A stretch of DNA of 64,000 nucleotides from a virus: IMG/VR virus record IMGVR_UViG_3300029267_002434, one strand, 5' to 3'. The stretch's first letter is position 1. Each line of letters begins with the position of its first letter. The translations under genes were made by a program, and so were the position numbers. Below are positions 31,155-39,314 of the stretch, in pieces. The notes under the pieces are model-generated. The model was not told the DNA's origin. It ran no database searches and saw only the letters and a list, made by a program, of their open reading frames with translations.

Positions 31155-31745
31155 ATGGCTTCTAATAAAGGTCCAAACTTCGAGAGATTGATACCAAGGG
31201 AACTGTCCCTTTGGTGGAGCGGGGGGAAGAGAGATGACATATTCTGGAGAGTCAAAGGATCCGGCGGTCGGGCCAAGACCCGACTCCGGACCAAAAAAGT
31301 CACAACATACGGCCAACATGGGGATATCAAAGCTGAAGACCCAATTGGAGCTCCTCTCCTTACAGTTATCACTCTTGAGCTCAAGAACGGATATGGCCAG
31401 TGGAGCTTTCTCGACGTTCTCGACCATCCTCCAATGCGCAAAGGACAAAAGCATAGGACACTTCAAACCTTCGAAAGCTTTATGAATCAGGTCCAAGAGG
31501 ATGCGGATGCGGTAGGGACTCACCCTGTCCTTATATGTAAGAGGGACAAAAGGCGCAAGTTCATCGTATTGCCCCTCTTGCTTTTTGCCGAGATACAAAC
31601 TGGATATGGCGAGTATCAAGGTTTCACTATTACTATCGAGCGCAATGAATTCATCAAACAACCTATGATTGCGGTAGACTACGACCGCTTCTTTGGCTGG
31701 TGTCTGCCGGAGTTCTTCTTGAATTACGAGAAACGTAAAAGGTGA
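31155..31745 (+). CDS. PD-(D/E)xK nuclease, archaeal Hjc-like Holliday junction resolvase type
   Basis: FERLIPRELS...RVKGSGG...GDIKAED...LTVITLELKNG follows the Hjc E...D...ExK layout. Confidence 0.45.
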   Translation: MASNKGPNFERLIPRELSLWWSGGKRDDIFWRVKGSGGRAKTRLRTKKVTTYGQHGDIKAEDPIGAPLLTVITLELKNGYGQWSFLDVLDHPPMRKGQKHRTLQTFESFMNQVQEDADAVGTHPVLICKRDKRRKFIVLPLLLFAEIQTGYGEYQGFTITIERNEFIKQPMIAVDYDRFFGWCLPEFFLNYEKRKR

Positions 31746-31749
31746 TAAA

Positions 31750-32058
31750 ATGACAGAAAGAAAGCCCATAGCCGCGTGGCAAAAAGAGACGCACAAGTGT
31801 GCAGTAAGCAAAGGATGGTATGATGAAGATCGAGAGGTTCCAGAGTTATTATGCCTTCTTCATTCGGAAATCTCTGAAGCACTGGAGGCGTACCGAAACA
31901 ATCTGGGACACGCTGAGTTCGGAGAGGAGCTGGCCGATTTAGCTATCCGACTTTTGGACTGCTGCGAGTACTGGGGGATAGATCTCGAAGCTGAGATCGC
32001 TAAGAAACACCACTATAATTTGAACCGTCCCTACCGGCACGGTAACAAAAAGTGCTGA
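31750..32058 (+). CDS. MazG-like all-alpha nucleoside triphosphate pyrophosphohydrolase
   Basis: LLCLLHSEISEALEAYRN and EELADLAIRLLDCCEYWGIDLEAEIAKKHHYNLNRPYRHG carry the E-x-x-E and E-x-x-D metal motifs. Confidence 0.7.
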   Translation: MTERKPIAAWQKETHKCAVSKGWYDEDREVPELLCLLHSEISEALEAYRNNLGHAEFGEELADLAIRLLDCCEYWGIDLEAEIAKKHHYNLNRPYRHGNKKC

Positions 32059-32120
32059 ATTACAATCGGGGGACGTAGTAGGATTGGATTTAAATTTGAG
32101 GTTCGAGCCGGGGTTTGCAG

Positions 32121-33197
32121 ATGATCAATACAATCGAAATAGAGAACTTCCAAAATATTCGCCACGCATCGATGGATCTGGATCCGGGGATTAACATCTT
32201 CATTGGGGAGTCGGATCAAGGGAAGTCAGCTATTGTAAAGGGCCTGTATTGGCTTTTCTTCAACCGGCCTTCGGGCGATGCGTTCGTGCGAGATGTCTCG
32301 CCAAATAAAAAAGCCTCTCGCTGTAGTTGTTCTGTTACCCTGGACAACGGTACAAAAATCGAGAGATATAAAGAGAGGAGCGAAAATGCGTACCTTATCG
32401 GCCAGAAAAAGAAGAAGGCGCTGCGGTCGGACGTACCCGAGGAAGTACTGGAAGCCCTCCCACTCTCTGAGACTAACATCCAAGCCCAATTCACCCCGTT
32501 CTTCTTGCTCTCCCTCTCCCCAGGACAACGGGCCAAGCTTCTCAACTCCGCTGTGGGACTTGATCAAATCGATCGGAGCCTGGGCTGCGTAAACTCTTTA
32601 CAACGCGCTGCTGTGAAGGAAAAGAACCGGCTGGAGCAATCGGTGGAAGAAAAGAAAGAGGAGCTGAGTTCCTATGCCTGGGTAGACGAAGCAATAGAAG
32701 CAATAGATCGATTGTGCAAACTTTACGATCGGGATAGCCAGCTCGCGGAGGACCGCGATTTCTTAAGGCACGTCCTAGAGCGTATTCAAGAATTGAACGC
32801 CACCCTCGACATTGATATCAAACCTACACTAGACGCGGCGGATGATATTAGTATACTCTCCGATAAAGCGCAGGAGTTCAAGCAGCAAGAAAAAGACTAT
32901 CATTACTTGAACGGTCGCGTAGATTTTTTAAGGATCCAGGAGGAAGAGCTGGAGAATGCTTTGGAAATATTAGAAGCCCAGGGAGATATCGAAAAATTAA
33001 ATGAATATATCTCACGTTTCAAAAGATTGGAAACTGAATCCGACTATCTGACCAGTCTAACTGAGCGGATGGCTAGATCCGCAAAGCAATTGAAGCTCGC
33101 TCAAAGAGACAAAAAGAAGGCTGAGGAACGATATGATAATCTAATGGAAGGGTATAAACAATGCCCATTGTGCGGAAGTCATTTAAATGAAAATTGA
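32121..33197 (+). CDS. Rad50/SbcC-like ATPase, N-terminal lobe + coiled coil ending at a CxxC zinc hook
   Basis: IEIENFQNIRHASMDLDPGINIFIGESDQGKSAIV gives the Walker A. A long coiled coil follows. QCPLCGSHL lies at the extreme C-terminus. The ORF track starts 6 nt earlier at a TTG. Confidence 0.7.
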   Translation: MINTIEIENFQNIRHASMDLDPGINIFIGESDQGKSAIVKGLYWLFFNRPSGDAFVRDVSPNKKASRCSCSVTLDNGTKIERYKERSENAYLIGQKKKKALRSDVPEEVLEALPLSETNIQAQFTPFFLLSLSPGQRAKLLNSAVGLDQIDRSLGCVNSLQRAAVKEKNRLEQSVEEKKEELSSYAWVDEAIEAIDRLCKLYDRDSQLAEDRDFLRHVLERIQELNATLDIDIKPTLDAADDISILSDKAQEFKQQEKDYHYLNGRVDFLRIQEEELENALEILEAQGDIEKLNEYISRFKRLETESDYLTSLTERMARSAKQLKLAQRDKKKAEERYDNLMEGYKQCPLCGSHLNEN

Positions 33198-33564
33198 AAG
33201 GTACGGAGTTCATAAAATAAGCGGGGAGACTTGCTTTCTGTTGGAGTTTTGGGGAGATCCCGGGATTGGCAAAAAGATCTTGGAAGCTTTTGATCGTATT
33301 ATTGCTGAGTCTATTGTGCCGAAACCCGAAAAGCCTACGCCTAAATCAAATCGTAGAATACCAATTGAAGAACTTTGGGAATCCCTGATGAGGAATGATT
33401 GGACTGTGTCGCGGGTAGCTGCGGAATATGACCTCAGTCGGGGTACTATTTATAATCGAATGTCTGTTCAAGGCATAAGCCGAAACAAGGAGAAAGCCAT
33501 TGCACGTTGGGGGCATGCCGGACCTTCATCTAAGAGGGACCGCACCGGCGAGACGAACAGATAA
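33187..33564 (+). CDS. hypothetical HTH protein inserted between the Rad50 N-lobe and Mre11 genes
   Basis: WTVSRVAAEYDLSRGTIYNRMSVQGI is a resolvase/Psq-type HTH. Confidence 0.45.
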   Translation: MKIERYGVHKISGETCFLLEFWGDPGIGKKILEAFDRIIAESIVPKPEKPTPKSNRRIPIEELWESLMRNDWTVSRVAAEYDLSRGTIYNRMSVQGISRNKEKAIARWGHAGPSSKRDRTGETNR

Positions 33565-34402
33565 GTATTACGATACTCAATTTGAAAAGGCAGAGTTCTG
33601 CTTTGAGACTTTCGAAGACAGAGGCGTTGAAGTAGTTTGCTTTCCGGGAGATGTATTCAATAATTATGGCAGAGATCCCTATTATTTATTGGTAGACCTG
33701 CTGCAACTCCTGAGACGGTACAGCTTCGAAGTCGTAATGGTTTATGGGCAGCACGATCTCCGCTTCCATGATCTAACCGATCGCAATACTCCGGCCAGAG
33801 CCTTGACCTGTAATGAGCAGGTCACGCTTTTAGAATCCTCTCCCCATTCTATTGGCGATGCATTGTTTCACGGAGCCAGTTGGGGAGAGCCTATTCCGAA
33901 GTTCAAAAGAAAGGAGGCCTCCAATGTGTTGGTCTGTCACAAGACTATCGGCAAGGCCTGGAAGGGTCAAACCGGCTATCTCCCGGCTAAAAGATTTCTC
34001 AAAGGGAATCCTTTTGATCTTATCATTTCCGGCGATAATCATGCTAGTTTTCATACGGTGGATGGTTCTGGGCGTTGTCTTGTTAATAGCGGTTCTTTGT
34101 GTAGGATGGAAAAGGACCAGGCCGACCATAAACCGAATTGTTCGATCTTCAATACAAAATCTAAAGAACTTGAGATCATAAAAATTCCAGTTCAGCCCTT
34201 TGAAGAAATAATGGATTTGTCCTCGGAGCCTGAACCGAAGGCAGCCGAGTACAGTGAGAAATATCTGGCCTCTTTCGTAAAGGGGCTTGAAGAAAAGATG
34301 GGGAGCAGTAATAAATCCGCGTACCGGAACGCATTGGACTTGTTGTTCCCATCCATTAACCCTAGCGCGCAAAATATTATAAAGGAGTGTTGTAATGGTT
34401 GA
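33500..34402 (+). CDS. Mre11/SbcD-like metallophosphoesterase nuclease
   Basis: GGMPDLHLRG (DxH), FPGDVFNN (GD), VYGQHDL and ISGDNHASFH. TTG start. Overlaps the upstream ORF by 65 nt. Confidence 0.65.
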   Translation: MHVGGMPDLHLRGTAPARRTDKYYDTQFEKAEFCFETFEDRGVEVVCFPGDVFNNYGRDPYYLLVDLLQLLRRYSFEVVMVYGQHDLRFHDLTDRNTPARALTCNEQVTLLESSPHSIGDALFHGASWGEPIPKFKRKEASNVLVCHKTIGKAWKGQTGYLPAKRFLKGNPFDLIISGDNHASFHTVDGSGRCLVNSGSLCRMEKDQADHKPNCSIFNTKSKELEIIKIPVQPFEEIMDLSSEPEPKAAEYSEKYLASFVKGLEEKMGSSNKSAYRNALDLLFPSINPSAQNIIKECCNG

Positions 34403-34649
34403 CAATGCGTTGGAAGAACTTATGGAAGAAGCTGAAGGCCTTGTTCGCCGGATAGAGAAGGCCAAGATTGAAGAGGCGAAAGTACGCGGTAAAATTGAGG
34501 AAGCCAAGGAAGCAATGGTGGAACGGTTTGGCGTGGAAAAAACCAAAGATGCTAAGAAGAAGCTAGAGGAAATCGAGGAAGAAATGGACAAGGTCGGAGA
34601 GGAAATGAGAGCGCTCCGAGAAGGCATCAAGGATAAGTACGGGATATGA
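34395..34649 (+). CDS. coiled-coil protein (84 aa), possible descending Rad50 coil segment
   Basis: Entirely heptad-like and E/K-rich. ATGA overlap with the next gene. Confidence 0.45.
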   Translation: MVDNALEELMEEAEGLVRRIEKAKIEEAKVRGKIEEAKEAMVERFGVEKTKDAKKKLEEIEEEMDKVGEEMRALREGIKDKYGI

Positions 34650-35266
34650 ACGAAGCAGAGGATCTGACAAAGCTCCAAGAAACAATACACAAACGAGTAG
34701 CCACGCGAGATTACATCGCGCAGGACCTGAAGCGGCTGAAGCTCAAACTCCGCGCCCAGAAGCGTTACCTGGAAGACGTAGAAGAGGCGCGGGGGGTAAT
34801 GCAGATGGCGGCGGAGATGGCGCAACGGCATTTGGAGTTCCATATTGCCAATCTAGTGTCCTCAGCATTGTACGCAGTATTTCCAGATCCGTACAAGTTC
34901 GTGGTTCGGTTCGTCTCCAGGCGAAACACTACCGAGTGCGATATGTTCTTCGAGAAAAACGGGATTGAGATGGAGCCTGAGTTCGCCTCCGGGGGAGGTC
35001 CACTAGATGTCGCTTCCTTCGCCTCCCGAATAAGCCAATTGACCTTGGAAGAGGTTATGCCCTTAGTAATCCTGGATGAGCCTTTTAAAAACCTTAGCAA
35101 GAACCTGATAGAAAATGCGTGCGCTATGTTAAATGCTCTGAAAGAAAAGTTGGGGATTCAATTTATTATAGTAACGCATGTACCGGAACTGGTCAAGGCC
35201 GGTGATGCCGTCTTTCAGGTCCACAATGGAGAGGTGCGATCATGGCAGGAATCCACGAAATCTTAG
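34646..35266 (+). CDS. Rad50/SbcC-like ATPase, C-terminal lobe
   Basis: The signature-like motif is FASGGGPLDVASFA, Walker B is PLVILDEPFKNL and the H-loop is FIIVTHV. Confidence 0.7.
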   Translation: MNEAEDLTKLQETIHKRVATRDYIAQDLKRLKLKLRAQKRYLEDVEEARGVMQMAAEMAQRHLEFHIANLVSSALYAVFPDPYKFVVRFVSRRNTTECDMFFEKNGIEMEPEFASGGGPLDVASFASRISQLTLEEVMPLVILDEPFKNLSKNLIENACAMLNALKEKLGIQFIIVTHVPELVKAGDAVFQVHNGEVRSWQESTKS

Positions 35267-35472
35267 CGCAGGACAATTTCTATGTAGACGAGACGCATCC
35301 GAGAAAATCCTGTACTTTATACAACGAGCATATCGTCTGCCATCCTGACGATCTTGATTTGGTAAGGGAAGGCTTGAGGGCGTTCTTTACCGCTCAAGAT
35401 GTTCAGAAATGCACTGGCAAGAAGTTCTGGTTCCAACCGGCTGGAACAAAATCTAGGAGGACTAAAAAATGA
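35242..35472 (+). CDS. hypothetical small protein (76 aa)
   Basis: Co-oriented, with an ATGA overlap downstream. No family recognised. Confidence 0.45.
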   Translation: MAGIHEILAQDNFYVDETHPRKSCTLYNEHIVCHPDDLDLVREGLRAFFTAQDVQKCTGKKFWFQPAGTKSRRTKK

Positions 35473-35708
35473 GCTTGCCAGATCCTAATCGCATGCCCTG
35501 TATTAGCGTAGATCGGCCTTGTGATATCCATCGTATAGAATGCGAAGTTAGAGGCTTAAAGGAAGTACCAGAAGCTGCCAAGTGCCGCTATTGGGAAACT
35601 GGATGCACTGAAGAATGCTGCCGTAGGGCAAATAGAAACCGCGAGGTATGCAACCTGGAGTATTGGGAGAATAGACGGTACGGGGAGAGTCTCTGGCCCA
35701 TACCATAA
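35469..35708 (+). CDS. hypothetical Cys-rich small protein (79 aa)
   Basis: Eight Cys residues, including CTEECC. No family recognised. Confidence 0.45.
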   Translation: MSLPDPNRMPCISVDRPCDIHRIECEVRGLKEVPEAAKCRYWETGCTEECCRRANRNREVCNLEYWENRRYGESLWPIP

Positions 35709-35718
35709 GGAGGACTAA

Positions 35719-36321
35719 ATGATCGCTTTTGATTTAGATGGAGTTTTGGTTGATCTCATGCCCATCATAAAAGATGAGATTGAGAAAGCTGGGGACCAGA
35801 TTCTCCCTGGAGACCAATATCATGTGACTACCTATAATGGTATGAGTAATAGGGACTTTTGGGAGTGCGTTGCTAAAGCATATAAGAGGCCCAAAGATAT
35901 TTGCCCGCGTACCGGAGCGCAAGAATTGTTAGAGGTAGTTCACGAAACCACAAACCGTCCTATTGACATTGTGACAGCGCGGCCTTCTTGGTCAGCAACA
36001 GAAACCTACCTCTCGTTGGAAGAGATTTTCAAAGTACCACTCCGCATTGTATTTGCAAAGGGCGGATCGAAAGAGAAGTGGCGCTATCTGAACGGTTATC
36101 ATTTTTTCGTAGAGGACCGGCGCAGGACTGCTTGCGAATTAGGATCCCACCGAATAACTACGTTTTTATTGGACGCGCCCTACAACCAAATGGCCGATCC
36201 GCCACATGTAGTGCGGATATACAGCCTCAATCAGTTGACCTCGCTGATTATGGCAGAAGTGATAGACATCAAGGAAGGAGCGCTGGCTTATGAAAGACAG
36301 TGGATCGAGACAAGAGTTTGA
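35719..36321 (+). CDS. HAD-superfamily 5'(3')-deoxyribonucleotidase-like phosphatase
   Basis: HAD motif I is MIAFDLDGVLVD. IDIVTARP is the motif II Thr/Ser region. FFVEDRRR is motif IV-like. Confidence 0.6.
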   Translation: MIAFDLDGVLVDLMPIIKDEIEKAGDQILPGDQYHVTTYNGMSNRDFWECVAKAYKRPKDICPRTGAQELLEVVHETTNRPIDIVTARPSWSATETYLSLEEIFKVPLRIVFAKGGSKEKWRYLNGYHFFVEDRRRTACELGSHRITTFLLDAPYNQMADPPHVVRIYSLNQLTSLIMAEVIDIKEGALAYERQWIETRV

Positions 36322-36649
36322 AACAGGAGCGGTTCGGGACACGGCGGAGGGCAAACCGCGACCGGATTTAATATCACCCTACGCCAATCTCCGCGAAGGC
36401 CGATGGCTCCAAAAAGGCGCAGAGAAGTATGATGAACGCAATTGGGAGAAAGGAATACCAATCTCCCGATGCATTGCTTCTCTGGAACGGCACTTATTAG
36501 CCTACAAGCAGGGCTTAACCGACGAAGATCATATGGCAGCGATCCGATGTAATGCGGGGTTCATTCTTCATTTCGAAGAGCTCATAGACCGGGGAATCAT
36601 CCCACCTGAATTAGACGACATGCCGCACTATGAAGAGCCGCCGAACTAA
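36290..36649 (+). CDS. dATP/dGTP diphosphohydrolase N-terminal-like (MazZ-N/DUF5664-type) domain protein
   Basis: DSGSRQEFETGAVRDTAEGKPRPDLISP...GAEKYDERNWEKGIPISRCIASLERHLLAYKQGLTDEDHMAAIRCNAGF matches the SGxRxxFxTGAxRD...KYxxRNW...RHl...DEDH pattern as I recall it for that domain. Confidence 0.5.
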   Translation: MKDSGSRQEFETGAVRDTAEGKPRPDLISPYANLREGRWLQKGAEKYDERNWEKGIPISRCIASLERHLLAYKQGLTDEDHMAAIRCNAGFILHFEELIDRGIIPPELDDMPHYEEPPN

Positions 36650-36842
36650 GAACGTCAAACGCTTTTGCCGCCGATGCGGCAAGTGTTGCAACCCCAACTA
36701 CTTTTATTGCAAGTACTGCCACCCCATTGTATCCAATGAGTGTGGCGGCGAAGCAGAAGCCGTATTTCATGGAAATACTGTTAAAGAAAATCTACTCTCA
36801 GAATCTCCGTTACCGGAGGACCGCTTCAAGGAGGAACTCTAA
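36630..36842 (+). CDS. small zinc-ribbon protein (70 aa)
   Basis: CRRCGKCC...CKYC. Confidence 0.4.
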   Translation: MKSRRTKNVKRFCRRCGKCCNPNYFYCKYCHPIVSNECGGEAEAVFHGNTVKENLLSESPLPEDRFKEEL

Positions 36843-37201
36843 TGGGACACAGAAAAGTGAAACTAGGTTTGCTGGAGAACGGGTCAATTATGATCGGGAC
36901 GTTAACAAAAGGGGAACTGACCGATGCCTTCCGTTTGGTAGCGAAACCGTCTGAGAAACCAGGCGACTTTGCTATCGAGTTTATAAACCCGTTCGTTCCT
37001 TACAATGGGAAGATGAATTCAGCTCTGGACCGGATGGGAACCCGGGCTTTTATTGCTTTTTCGTCTGCCAGTGAGAACATTGAGGCAAAATATTTAGAAC
37101 TGGTGACTGGCGTAACCTTGCCGCAACGCAAAAATGCGCGGGGCGGCAAAATAGTCTCGGCCAATATTATTGACGGGGTCAATTTTAAAGATGGGAAGTA
37201 A
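36842..37201 (+). CDS. hypothetical protein (119 aa)
   Basis: TAATG overlap upstream. No family recognised. Confidence 0.5.
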   Translation: MGHRKVKLGLLENGSIMIGTLTKGELTDAFRLVAKPSEKPGDFAIEFINPFVPYNGKMNSALDRMGTRAFIAFSSASENIEAKYLELVTGVTLPQRKNARGGKIVSANIIDGVNFKDGK

Positions 37202-37904
37202 ACCAACCATTACTGTAATCTCCTTTCTATGGGGAGGGTGGTATGGCCTGAAAAAAGAGTACCTGTCCGCTCTGGAAAAAGGCATCCGCTCCCATACCAC
37301 TTTTCCCCTTAGATTTGTGTGCCTTTCTCCTGATGAAAAGGGACCTATCGGCTCCTGGGAATTCTTGCCTTTAAAAGCTCCTAGCGAAAAACAGAACCTA
37401 AAGAAGTTAGGATTATACAATCCCGCCAACGGATTCCACGGGAGGCTGTTCGTTGTAGACCTAGATGTTATAATCGTTGGATCGCTGGACGATCTCTTCT
37501 CCTTAGATGGAGAATTTTATGTCAAAGCGGAACATACCCCTTATTTAAGAGGGACTTTAGTGCCAGACGGCGACATATACCTTCAAAACGTAAATAAAGC
37601 CACCTGGGATAAAGTCTGGAATTTTATAAACAGAAATATTGGAGCAATACAAGCGAATACACGAGGCCGAGAGCGAAAGTTCTATCAACGATATGCTGAA
37701 TTGTTCTGGAACGTGACTTTCCTTCAGGCAGTATGCCCAGGCCGGATCTTCTCCTACAAAAGGGACAAGATTTATAGAACAAAGGAGATACCGGAGGGGG
37801 CCAGCTTAATAAGCTTCCACGGGCGAAAGGCTAAACCGCACTACCACAATTGGATAATGGAAAGGTATTGGTATGAAAATCACATTGATAACAGGGGCTC
37901 CTAG
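37191..37904 (+). CDS. GT-A-like (DxD) glycosyltransferase-like protein, paralogue of 56537..57250
   Basis: TITVISFLWGGWYG...FVCLSPDE...RLFVVDLDVIIVGSLDDLF...LISFHGRKAKP parallels MINIVCWKWDAG...FHCITDDPE...IVSIDLDCVILRDISDLF...VVFFNG in the minus-strand gene. Confidence 0.45.
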   Translation: MGSKPTITVISFLWGGWYGLKKEYLSALEKGIRSHTTFPLRFVCLSPDEKGPIGSWEFLPLKAPSEKQNLKKLGLYNPANGFHGRLFVVDLDVIIVGSLDDLFSLDGEFYVKAEHTPYLRGTLVPDGDIYLQNVNKATWDKVWNFINRNIGAIQANTRGRERKFYQRYAELFWNVTFLQAVCPGRIFSYKRDKIYRTKEIPEGASLISFHGRKAKPHYHNWIMERYWYENHIDNRGS

Positions 37905-38568
37905 ATCTGGAACCAGCATGATTGCTGGGATAATTGCTAAGTGCGGAGCTTTCGGCGGCAAGACCAGTCCACCCAATCCTAATAATCAAAAGGGCATGTT
38001 TGAAAACATGTATATTCGCAATCAGCTGGTCAAGCCCTTTTTGAAGAATCTAGGAGTGGACCCTTTGGGCCAGTTTCCTCTACCGAATCCGAGGCGCTTC
38101 ATCCCCAAAAACAAATATGCCAAACCCATGCTACAAGGAAGGGAACTGCGGCGGCAAGTACTAACGACCTTCCACAATGAAGGGTGGGATCGGAAAGCTC
38201 CCTTGTATTATAAGGGACCCAAGATGTGCATCATGTGGCCCTTTTGGGTATTCTCTTTTCCAGAAGCTAAATGGCTATTGGTTCACCGGGATATTGATCA
38301 AATAGCAGCCTCTTGTAAACGGACTCCTTTTATGAAAGCCTATGAGAGCGCGCATGAGTGGAAATGGTTCGCTGAAAAATACAGGGAGTATATGGGCAAA
38401 ATAAAAGAATACATACCGGAAGACAGATGGCGCGAAGTATGGAGCAACAAAGTGATTGAAGACTATACTCTAATGAAACCTATGATCGATTGGCTCGGGC
38501 TCGAGTGGAAAGAAGATGAGGTGAGAGAATTCATCGATCCCGCTTTGTATAATCAAGGGCGTAGTTAA
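37873..38568 (+). CDS. sulfotransferase (PAPS-dependent type)
   Basis: The 5'-PSB-like loop is LITGAPRSGTSMIAG. The 3'-PB-like motif is LLVHRDIDQIAASC. Confidence 0.55.
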   Translation: MKITLITGAPRSGTSMIAGIIAKCGAFGGKTSPPNPNNQKGMFENMYIRNQLVKPFLKNLGVDPLGQFPLPNPRRFIPKNKYAKPMLQGRELRRQVLTTFHNEGWDRKAPLYYKGPKMCIMWPFWVFSFPEAKWLLVHRDIDQIAASCKRTPFMKAYESAHEWKWFAEKYREYMGKIKEYIPEDRWREVWSNKVIEDYTLMKPMIDWLGLEWKEDEVREFIDPALYNQGRS

Positions 38569-38980
38569 ACCCAACATACTTTCCATCTATGTAGCCCCAC
38601 CTATCGTGCTTCCCAGTGACCTGATAACGACCCCGGATATCCAAATGAAATCCGGGGTTGTTCCATTGTGGATAGATCCCCAATCCAATAAAACCAGACA
38701 GCTGTAGTCTGTCCAATATTTGTAACATTTTGATTACCTGAGAATAGAAGGAGAGATCTTCCTCAATATGGAAGTCGGAGGCCTCCCCGGTATAGTGGTA
38801 GGAGGCCTCCGAATGGCCAGAGGTAGCGAACCCGGCATGGATCTTGAAAGGATAGTTGTAAACGCGGCGAATGCTTTCTAAAGTGAACAGCTGAGCGCCG
38901 CTCATTTTGTCCGGATCACCCCAAGCTTCTCCCGGAGAGAAGTGCTTAATTAGTTCCCAGATCACTGTCCGGGACCTCAT
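38531..38980 (-). CDS. peptidase M15-type cell-wall hydrolase (endolysin candidate)
   Basis: HAGFATSGHSEASYHYTGEASDFHI fits the M15A H...S-x-H...G-x-A-x-D zinc motif layout. It follows a membrane protein gene. Confidence 0.6.
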   Translation of the reverse strand: MRSRTVIWELIKHFSPGEAWGDPDKMSGAQLFTLESIRRVYNYPFKIHAGFATSGHSEASYHYTGEASDFHIEEDLSFYSQVIKMLQILDRLQLSGFIGLGIYPQWNNPGFHLDIRGRYQVTGKHDRWGYIDGKYVGFNYALDYTKRDR

Positions 38981-39302
38981 CAGGAAACGCGATGCTGCGG
39001 GAAGGAGGACTGTTCATTTTCATAAACTGACTTACATTTCCCATGAACTTTGATATATTCCTCATAAATGTTTCTATTTTTTCCAGCCTACGGCTTAAAT
39101 CAGTTTGACATTCCCGGCGACAGGCTTCGCAGTGCTTGGTATGATTTGTGACTGACTCTTTGAGGCTCTTAATTTGTTCGTCTTCGTATGCCAACATAGC
39201 AGAAGCTTTGCCCCATATGAAAGCAACACCTGCTACTGTAATAATAAAATTGATCACGAGTGCGATCACGTACCAATTTACAGTGATCACATTTGGCTCC
39301 AT
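38946..39302 (-). CDS. membrane protein with N-terminal TM helix and coiled coil (holin- or spanin-like)
   Basis: The TM helix is WYVIALVINFIITVAGVAFIWG, followed by a helical charged region. Adjacent to the M15 peptidase. Confidence 0.45.
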   Translation of the reverse strand: MEPNVITVNWYVIALVINFIITVAGVAFIWGKASAMLAYEDEQIKSLKESVTNHTKHCEACRRECQTDLSRRLEKIETFMRNISKFMGNVSQFMKMNSPPSRSIAFPDEVPDSDLGTN

Positions 39303-39314
39303 AGGGGCCTCCTC

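Noticed and set aside
31125-31811. 228-aa minus-strand ORF
   Set aside because: It lies entirely antisense to the well-supported plus-strand Hjc-like nuclease and neighbouring genes. It has no SD and no motifs, and all surrounding genes are on the plus strand.
32059-32114. GGTTCGAGCC T-loop-like string suggesting a second tRNA
   Set aside because: No complementary T stem, acceptor stem or anticodon arm could be drawn around it.
33830-34843. 337-aa minus-strand ORF
   Set aside because: It is antisense to the Mre11-like, coiled-coil and Rad50 C-lobe genes, which carry clear catalytic motifs. Its low-complexity Ser/Leu-rich translation is typical of a shadow ORF.
4900-36660. Recurrent C-terminal or N-terminal RRTK motif in five ORFs (ends at 4921, 18467, 27560 and 35472; start at 36630)
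   Set aside because: In the three cases ending at 18467, 27560 and 35472, the peptide is simply the translation of the next gene's Shine-Dalgarno. CGG AGG ACT AAA or CGG AGG ACA AAG is embedded in the upstream coding end and followed by an ATGA or GTGA overlap. This is a by-product of translational coupling, not a functional peptide motif.
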